Source of the DNA: an uncultured virus (IMG/VR IMGVR_UViG_3300020173_001350)
Lineage: Duplodnaviria; Heunggongvirae; Uroviricota; Caudoviricetes
Virus record (IMG/VR): IMGVR_UViG_3300020173_001350
Reading direction: 5' to 3' (one strand)
Length of the DNA: 64,000 nucleotides
Shown: piece by piece, positions 57,503 to 64,000 of the stretch
Position numbering within the stretch: the first letter of the stretch is position 1
Layout of the letters: every line of letters starts with the position of its first letter
The notes under the pieces: model-generated
Seen by the model: the letters and a program-made list of their open reading frames with translations, nothing else
Database searches by the model: none
Told to the model about the DNA's origin: nothing
Position numbers and translations under genes: made by a program

Positions 57503-59541
57503 TTTGTGGTCGCAATAAATACGCCGTTCCAATCTTCTGGAAGGTCTTGTGTTTTCATATATTCACATCTTTCTTTCCACATATCATAATATCCGTCCAT
57601 TTTATTATCAAAGTGGCCATGTAATATATCACATAGTTCAATAGCTTTATCAAAATCTTGTGCTTGATACGCAGCAAACATTTCTTGGTGTTTTTTCTGT
57701 GCTGCATACCATGGTTGTTTTACATCATCAAGTGCTGTCCAAATTCCAATTCCTACCGATTTACCTTTGACTGCCAAGTCGTCGATCTTGAGGTAAAAGA
57801 ATTCATCAGCTGTGTGGCGTTGCGTTTCTTCTCCAATGAGGAGTACCATTCCATATTCTTTACATTTAGACTCAATTCTTGCTGCTGTTGATACAGCATC
57901 CCCAAGTATGTCGTAGCTGTGCCGCTTACTACTACCCATCTCCCCAATGTAACCCAGGCCAGAATTAATACCAGCACCCATGCCCACTGGCGGCCGGTTA
58001 CTTCTTTGAAGTGCCACATTAAATTTCTCCACTGCTTTCAGCATTTTGAAAGCCACTTGCACCGCGGTTCGTGGGTGGTCAGGATCATCTATCGGTGCGT
58101 TGTGAATATGCATTGAAGCATCGCCGATATACTTAATAATCATGCCATTGGCATCTAATACTGGTTCGGTTATTGCATCCATATAACCATTCATAATCTC
58201 CGTTAAGCCTTTAACATCATCGCCAAAGCTTTCTCCTAAAGGAGTAAAACCGCGAAGGTCACTGAATACTATTGATACGTCTTTCTTTTGCCCATCCTTA
58301 ACTAACGACGGATTTTCTTGTAATAACTTAACAACCGTTGGTGAAGCGTAACCCGCGAATTGTTTTTTGATTGCTTGTTTCTGTAAAAACTCGTCTACGA
58401 ATTTTACAATATATCGTAAACTACCAACAAGGAACAGCATAACAGAAATAGTGATGCCGTCAATAAGTAAATTTGAACTTTGGAATACATAGATAGACCC
58501 TCCTATAAAGCCGCCAATCGTTAATACGAATGCGCCGATGCCTATAAAAGTCCAATAGGATAAACCAATTATTAATAGCCCTGCTACAATTAGAGCAGCC
58601 AGTTCACCCCATGCTTTTGCATCGGCGTGACGTGTGATGTTTGACTCATTAAATACAGTACCAAGCATTGCTGCTTGTATTTCTTGTGGATATACTCCAC
58701 CAACCGCAGTTGAAATCGGTTGAATAGTACCTGCAGCTGTTGGTCCAACAAATACTACAGCACCTCCTAAATCATCTGGCAAATTCATTATTGATTCTGA
58801 TTGATAACCTTGAGACCAATCTATCCATACCTCGCCAACCTCATTTGTTGGTATCATTCCAAATTGTGGTATTCTTAATTTATCAACCCCGAGCGGCGAC
58901 AACTTGATTTGGAAGGATGGGTCTCCGGCAAGGACTCGCAATACCTCAAGGGTGACATTAGGGAAGAGGTTCCCCCCGGACTCGAATACCAACGGTGCTC
59001 TGCGGGTAACCCCGTCGATCTCTGGGAATGTGTTGATGATTCCTGACCCCACTGCATTAGTTTCAAGCTCATTGATGTTAGCGATAATCCCAGGTACACT
59101 TGGAATGAGAGAAATATAATCGCTATTAATAATAGAGGCTCCTGGATTAATCGCTTCATTTTTGTTCTCCTCAGCTCCAAGCATGGTTAAAATTATTGGT
59201 ACTTGCTGCATAGTTATAGCAAGGTCTTCATCTCCGCCGGATCTATCAGGTTCAGACATAAGAATATTTAAAACAACAAGACCTGCACCTCTATTGTACA
59301 GATCTATAATAAATTCTGAGTATACTTGTCTAGGAAATGGCCATTGTCCATATTCGGTTATTGCATCTTCATCAATGTTTACTGAATAAATGTTATTTGG
59401 GACAACCTCTTGATTTACAATAAGCTGGTCAAAATACCGTAATCTTAAACTTTCAATGAATGAAGGATTAATAGTATGCAGCCAAGCAAGTAACCCTAAC
59501 AATAATATGCTCCATATAGGAGATAATAAAATATTTTTCAT
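57499..59541 (-). CDS. CHASE2-domain class III adenylate cyclase
   Basis: CHASE2 GQWPFPR, SEPDR, DGVTRR; TM helices; FSDLRGFT, IKYIGDA, YDILGDAVSTAARIE. Confidence 0.92.
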   Translation of the reverse strand: MKNILLSPIWSILLLGLLAWLHTINPSFIESLRLRYFDQLIVNQEVVPNNIYSVNIDEDAITEYGQWPFPRQVYSEFIIDLYNRGAGLVVLNILMSEPDRSGGDEDLAITMQQVPIILTMLGAEENKNEAINPGASIINSDYISLIPSVPGIIANINELETNAVGSGIINTFPEIDGVTRRAPLVFESGGNLFPNVTLEVLRVLAGDPSFQIKLSPLGVDKLRIPQFGMIPTNEVGEVWIDWSQGYQSESIMNLPDDLGGAVVFVGPTAAGTIQPISTAVGGVYPQEIQAAMLGTVFNESNITRHADAKAWGELAALIVAGLLIIGLSYWTFIGIGAFVLTIGGFIGGSIYVFQSSNLLIDGITISVMLFLVGSLRYIVKFVDEFLQKQAIKKQFAGYASPTVVKLLQENPSLVKDGQKKDVSIVFSDLRGFTPLGESFGDDVKGLTEIMNGYMDAITEPVLDANGMIIKYIGDASMHIHNAPIDDPDHPRTAVQVAFKMLKAVEKFNVALQRSNRPPVGMGAGINSGLGYIGEMGSSKRHSYDILGDAVSTAARIESKCKEYGMVLLIGEETQRHTADEFFYLKIDDLAVKGKSVGIGIWTALDDVKQPWYAAQKKHQEMFAAYQAQDFDKAIELCDILHGHFDNKMDGYYDMWKERCEYMKTQDLPEDWNGVFIATTK

Positions 59542-59660
59542 TCTTTATCTTTCTTACAATCACAGCTTGTGCAAACATCATTGACACATTCTTTACAGTC
59601 TGATGCATAACAGTGGCAGCGGTGACCACACTTTTTACAAAATCTCTCTTGACCTATCAT
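59538..59660 (-). CDS. 40-aa Cys-rich metallothionein-like peptide (not in ORF track)
   Basis: SD AGGAG; MIGQERFCKKCGHRCHCYASDCKECVNDVCTSCDCKKDKE; ATGA overlap with cyclase. Confidence 0.7.
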   Translation of the reverse strand: MIGQERFCKKCGHRCHCYASDCKECVNDVCTSCDCKKDKE

Positions 59661-59672
59661 TCTTATACTCCT

Positions 59673-59680
59673 TATAAATA
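59673..59680 (+). promoter_or_regulatory. T4-type late promoter for kdsB cassette
   Basis: TATAAATA. Confidence 0.6.
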
Positions 59681-59691
59681 TTATTTTATTA

Positions 59692-60534
59692 ATGGATTAT
59701 ATCATGGCAAATCTAATTGAAACTATTTATATAGGTTGTGAAAATAATAAAAGCATTTCACTGCCAACATCATCCCACATAGTACGTTTTTGTGCTGATA
59801 CAGCCCATGCTCACTGCACTATTATGTGTTTATTAAGTGATGTTTTCTTTAAAGCACAATTAATGTCAGATGAAGACTATGCACAAGGCCCATATCGTGT
59901 TTCTATTATGTGGCCTGAACAATTTATCAATCCATTTAAACGTAAACCTAGTAATGCCGAAACCTCATATGATGTTATGAAATGGTTTCTTAATAATATG
60001 CTACCTCCTAAGAATGGTATGATTGTAAGCATATATCGGTACGAACAAAAGCAGACAGTTGCAACACCTTGGACGGTAAATCAATTATGGCCGTTTAAAA
60101 AACAATGGAATAAGAAAGGTAAATTCGTTTCAATTCATAAATCTGAACCGTTAATGTCAAAGCGACGGATCGGCGGATTAATGGAAAAAGAAAAAACAAT
60201 ATTACCGAACATAACTAAAATTGCTCACGAGTTTGGGTATGGTGTAAAATTTATTCATTACTCCTTGACAATGGAAGAAATCTATGATATATTGTTATCA
60301 ACCACACACCATTTTAGTTATGACGGCGGTACTTATTACACCGCAGGAATGACGGGAACACCGACAACCAAATATACTCACTATTATGATAACTTACCCG
60401 ACACGTGGGGATTTATGGGTATCAGCCCAAACAAAATATTACAATTCAGAAATGAAGCTGTATCCGCACCTATCGAGTATTCAACTATATCATATTTGAA
60501 ACCCGAGGAAATAAGGAATATATTAAATGATTGA
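59692..60534 (+). CDS. hypothetical protein, possible glycosyltransferase-like
   Basis: YDGG..Y.A...GTPT resembles GT9-type C-terminal motif; next to kdsB. Confidence 0.4.
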   Translation: MDYIMANLIETIYIGCENNKSISLPTSSHIVRFCADTAHAHCTIMCLLSDVFFKAQLMSDEDYAQGPYRVSIMWPEQFINPFKRKPSNAETSYDVMKWFLNNMLPPKNGMIVSIYRYEQKQTVATPWTVNQLWPFKKQWNKKGKFVSIHKSEPLMSKRRIGGLMEKEKTILPNITKIAHEFGYGVKFIHYSLTMEEIYDILLSTTHHFSYDGGTYYTAGMTGTPTTKYTHYYDNLPDTWGFMGISPNKILQFRNEAVSAPIEYSTISYLKPEEIRNILND

Positions 60535-61216
60535 TTGTATTATACCAGCAAGAACAGGATCAACTCGTTTCCCAAGCAAAATATTTGCCGAAGTAAACGG
60601 TAAATCTGTTCTTAATCATTGTATTGATAACGCGAACGCTTGCGCAGATATTAATAAAGTATATGTAGCTGCTGACGAATACGACAGCATATGGGCGCCT
60701 AATCTTATTAAAACAAAAAAGATTCACAACACTTGTACTTCACGAGTTGCTGAGGCGGTTATTCAAACTGATGCTGATTATATTGTGAATTTACAAAGTG
60801 ATGAACCGTGTGTTACACCTGAAATGATATCTGGAATCATTCGTAAAATGTTTGAAACAAATGCTGAAATGGTTCAGTGTTGTTATCCATTAACCGATGA
60901 AGAAAGAAGTAATGTAAACGTAGTTAAGGCTGTTATCAGCAATGGGAAAATTGTTTACTTAACACGAACACCTGACCGTGAATTAATTGATAGTCCTAAT
61001 CTTGTTGGTATTAATGGCTTATATGCATATGATCTTGGTACAATTATGCATTTTCCAGAATATGATCAAGAATTAGTATATGCACATAAAGGACTAGACA
61101 CATTAGCATTCATAGGAATGGTTGATGTTATACCATATATGATTAATGAACGTACACCTGCGGTTGATGTACCAGACGATATAAAATTAGTGGAGGAATA
61201 CCTTGATAGATCTTAA
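60527..61216 (+). CDS. kdsB: CMP-KDO synthetase-like cytidylyltransferase
   Basis: IIPARTGSTRFPSK, VNLQSDEP, N.VKAV, VD.PDD. Confidence 0.85.
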   Translation: MIDCIIPARTGSTRFPSKIFAEVNGKSVLNHCIDNANACADINKVYVAADEYDSIWAPNLIKTKKIHNTCTSRVAEAVIQTDADYIVNLQSDEPCVTPEMISGIIRKMFETNAEMVQCCYPLTDEERSNVNVVKAVISNGKIVYLTRTPDRELIDSPNLVGINGLYAYDLGTIMHFPEYDQELVYAHKGLDTLAFIGMVDVIPYMINERTPAVDVPDDIKLVEEYLDRS

Positions 61217-61655
61217 TCTTATTAAAAAAATATCTCATTCACCAAAGATTGCTATTGTAGGCAATGGCGGAAACCTTGCTATTGCTCAACACGCTGCATC
61301 TGATATGACAAGGCATCTTGGCAAACATTGCTTTGCACCTGATGCTATTCACCTAACCGCCTTGGGTGGTGATGAGGGTTGGCATAAAAGATGGATATAT
61401 GAATACGGAACTTTTGCTGACTGTATCATCGGTATTACAACAAGAGCAAACTCTCCTATTGTCGAAGGACTTGTTAATGTCGGCGGGCTATTACCTCATA
61501 AGATTGTAATAGCCCCTATGGACATTCCTGAATTAGATACAATTGTTTTAAATCAAAAAACCTACCATGAATTTGAGTGCGAAGCATTACTTACACTCTA
61601 TAAGATTATGGAACAATGCGGTGTGGTGTTACCGAGATTTAAAACCGTATCTTGA
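61203..61655 (+). CDS. SIS-domain sugar-phosphate isomerase, GmhA-like
   Basis: VGNGGN.AIAQH.ASD, LTALG.D.G, IGITT..NS. Confidence 0.7.
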   Translation: MIDLNLIKKISHSPKIAIVGNGGNLAIAQHAASDMTRHLGKHCFAPDAIHLTALGGDEGWHKRWIYEYGTFADCIIGITTRANSPIVEGLVNVGGLLPHKIVIAPMDIPELDTIVLNQKTYHEFECEALLTLYKIMEQCGVVLPRFKTVS

Positions 61656-63633
61656 TACCTGCTGAGAAATAATTGCTTGAATTATCTTCATCCAAAGTTC
61701 TATTATAATCTACACCGACAATAGCATATTCATTTATTTCTTGTTCAAAACCAATTCTTATATTAGTGGCATCATTGTCGCCAATGTTTTTACTAAATGT
61801 AGCGGTAATTGGTCCTTCATCAATATTGAAACCTATTGTACCATATCTGTATGTAGCGTCTGCTTCATCATGAGTTAAAACAGCTTGAACATCTCCGGTT
61901 TCAGTCCATCCATCAGTGCTTGATTTTCCGATAGTTAATCCACCGAAAGGTCTAACAGAACCAGTTGATTTTTCAATTGTTAGCCCAGCAGAAACGTCAG
62001 AAGCTGATGTTTCACCTGCCGCAGAAAAAGTACCGATTGTTCTTGAATATTCAATATCAGATTTAGCCATGTTTACTCGTCCTACGACGGTAATGTCTTT
62101 ATCTTCTATTGCCTTTCCTAATTCAGCAGACACAGCGTTTGTTATTATTTCACCATCGCCGCCTTCTGACATTTCAGTATCAATTCTATTAATACCTAGG
62201 CTTAGTCTTAACGCATCGTCGGTTACAAGTGTGTGACCAAGACCAACCACCGTTGATGTTGCTTCGTAGTTATCACCCATCGAATGGTTAATGCGACCTA
62301 CTGATACGCCATCAGCTATATTTAAATTGCGATGAGTATTTAATCCGATTAATTGCGATGCTTGATCCATACGTCCAACGAATGAACCTGGATCAGTTAC
62401 AGTTACAACAGCATCATTACGAACAACTGTAGTTGATGTTGGAGTACCGTCTGTAACAACTTCGCTGCCGTCACTCATAGTATCAGTAGTTCTAACAAAG
62501 CTTGTGGTTGTTACATCCATCGGTGTTGTTACAGTCGTAGTAGTTTCACGGTCAATAGTTTGAACACCGTCAGCTGTAGATGAGTCATGCGTTGTGATTG
62601 CACCAGTTAAAACAGGTAGTGTTGTGCTTATTGCTTCTGATGTTGAAGTAATAGTTTCGGTTGCGGTACTTACAACTGTTGGTGCTCCGCCGCTTTCGGC
62701 AGCATCTGTTGCTGATCCAACATCATCAAGTGACCACCCTGTAGGTAATTCACCAGGAGTACCACCGCCTGCTCCACCATCTACTGCATCATCAAGTGCA
62801 TCAAACGCTGATGGGCCGAAGATATAAGCATATTTTGCTGTAAGAATGTCGCCTGTTGATACACCAGTCCAAGACCAACTAATACCAATAGTATCATCTG
62901 AATTGCCGTAATTGACAGCATTGCCTTCGGCATCTGTATAACTTGTTCCGTTATATCCATCTGCTTCTGATGACCAACCATTGACGCCTGCAGTAGTGTT
63001 TGTATCCGTTGAATAAACACCTAATGCATACTTTGAAACAGTTGCTTCTGAAAAGGCAATGTTTGTATCAGGAACACCTGAATACCCAAGTACGTTATCT
63101 GTTGATGAACTATCTCCCGGCATACCTTGTGAGTCTGGGTCAATAAATTTACCATATGCTACAGTATCAGCATCAGAACCTGCGGTAATTTTTGTTTCAA
63201 CATCAATGTATGGTTTATTATCTTCTAATGTAAATGTATTTTCAACATTCCATGTACCGCCATCAACATCAACATCACCACTCCAAGTCATGCTGTCTGT
63301 GCCGTCTGTTAAACCGTCAGAGTCAACGATAGTTTTTGAGCCTGTATTATTATTTGCTTTATTTGTGCCATCTACCTTTAGTGCTTGTCCGTCAAACGGC
63401 GAGCCAGGCGTCAGATAATCATAACTAGAATTAAATGTACCCGAACCTTCAGGATCAAATAACAGGCCCGGTGATGTACTTCCGCCAGAGCCAAATGTGC
63501 CTGAGTCTTTATTAATGCCAGCTTTAACCCATTGGTTCTCAAGTAAACCGTGAGATGATGTTTGTAAACTCGAAGTATCAGCAATAGCCCAGCTTGGTAT
63601 GACTAATGCAGTTGTTAATAGTAAATGTTTCAT
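61639..63633 (-). CDS. autotransporter-like outer-membrane protein
   Basis: Signal peptide, Gly/Ser/Thr/Asp-rich passenger, Thr-rich stalk, C-terminal beta-barrel ending GIKIRF. Confidence 0.7.
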   Translation of the reverse strand: MKHLLLTTALVIPSWAIADTSSLQTSSHGLLENQWVKAGINKDSGTFGSGGSTSPGLLFDPEGSGTFNSSYDYLTPGSPFDGQALKVDGTNKANNNTGSKTIVDSDGLTDGTDSMTWSGDVDVDGGTWNVENTFTLEDNKPYIDVETKITAGSDADTVAYGKFIDPDSQGMPGDSSSTDNVLGYSGVPDTNIAFSEATVSKYALGVYSTDTNTTAGVNGWSSEADGYNGTSYTDAEGNAVNYGNSDDTIGISWSWTGVSTGDILTAKYAYIFGPSAFDALDDAVDGGAGGGTPGELPTGWSLDDVGSATDAAESGGAPTVVSTATETITSTSEAISTTLPVLTGAITTHDSSTADGVQTIDRETTTTVTTPMDVTTTSFVRTTDTMSDGSEVVTDGTPTSTTVVRNDAVVTVTDPGSFVGRMDQASQLIGLNTHRNLNIADGVSVGRINHSMGDNYEATSTVVGLGHTLVTDDALRLSLGINRIDTEMSEGGDGEIITNAVSAELGKAIEDKDITVVGRVNMAKSDIEYSRTIGTFSAAGETSASDVSAGLTIEKSTGSVRPFGGLTIGKSSTDGWTETGDVQAVLTHDEADATYRYGTIGFNIDEGPITATFSKNIGDNDATNIRIGFEQEINEYAIVGVDYNRTLDEDNSSNYFSAGIKIRF

Positions 63634-63992
63634 TGCTTCTCCCGTGGATTTAGTATAAATTCTATTCCTAATACAATTCCTCCTCGAGCTGCAGAGCCGT
63701 CGGATTCAAATGCCGTAGTCCCAAATAATCTTATATTATCCACGTAATCGTAGGTTACCCTACCATAAGGAGCTATTGGATGTGGCCTATAGCCTGTAGC
63801 CACACCTCCTTCTATTGCAATATCACCATAACTATATTTTATTCCTGAGTATACACTCAATTTTTCGACGCTGTTATAATATGCGCCTGCGATATATTTA
63901 TCATTAGTTAATCTTATATGAGGATGAATTTCATTATAATCTTGAGAAAGACCCAAATGTGTTGACAAAGCCAAACTTAAAATTAAATCCAT
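63630..63992 (-). CDS. small putative outer-membrane beta-barrel protein
   Basis: YNE.HP, AG.YYNS, GG.ATGY amphipathic strands. Confidence 0.45.
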   Translation of the reverse strand: MDLILSLALSTHLGLSQDYNEIHPHIRLTNDKYIAGAYYNSVEKLSVYSGIKYSYGDIAIEGGVATGYRPHPIAPYGRVTYDYVDNIRLFGTTAFESDGSAARGGIVLGIEFILNPREKQ

Positions 63993-64000
63993 TACTCAGC

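Noticed and set aside
1..64000. CRISPR array, integrase, transposase
   Set aside because: No regularly spaced repeats or recombinase/transposase motifs seen by eye.
1..64000. Stop-codon recoding
   Set aside because: Core genes are full length in the standard code; TAA, TGA and TAG all end genes; no suppressor tRNA.
1..64000. Bacterial chromosome or prophage origin of the metabolic genes
   Set aside because: Host-like genes are single, interleaved with T4 core genes and often under TATAAATA late promoters.

Overview
AT-rich, gene-dense 64 kb segment of a lytic T4-like myovirus. Core T4-like genes: nrdA/B, thyX, primase gp61, helicase gp41, uvsX, gp32, gp59, gp33, polymerase gp43, gp46/47, late sigma gp55, uvsW, uvsY, gp3, topoisomerase II and a lysis module, plus ten T4 late promoters (TATAAATA). 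Host-derived genes point to a marine alphaproteobacterial host, probably Rhodobacteraceae: Shemin-pathway ALA synthase, heme oxygenase plus a PcyX-like bilin reductase, a circularly permuted two-piece tmRNA (tag ANDNYKPSGFALAA), a porin, PstS with Pho-box-like repeats, DUF1127 and an ATP synthase c-subunit. The most unusual signals are: (i) a four-gene small-protein operon whose c-subunit keeps the proton-carrying Glu but has lost the R-N/Q-P F1-coupling loop; (ii) five early promoters with an invariant GAATCAGT (a CcrM GANTC site) next to the -10 box, some with CtrA-like boxes at -35; (iii) candidate capsid-targeted, protease-processed internal proteins, including nucleotidyltransferase-, ligase- and nuclease-like enzymes; (iv) a CHASE2 adenylate cyclase/lipase/Cys-rich peptide unit; (v) a large glycan-modification toolkit. 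All calls come from motif recognition by eye; no searches were run.
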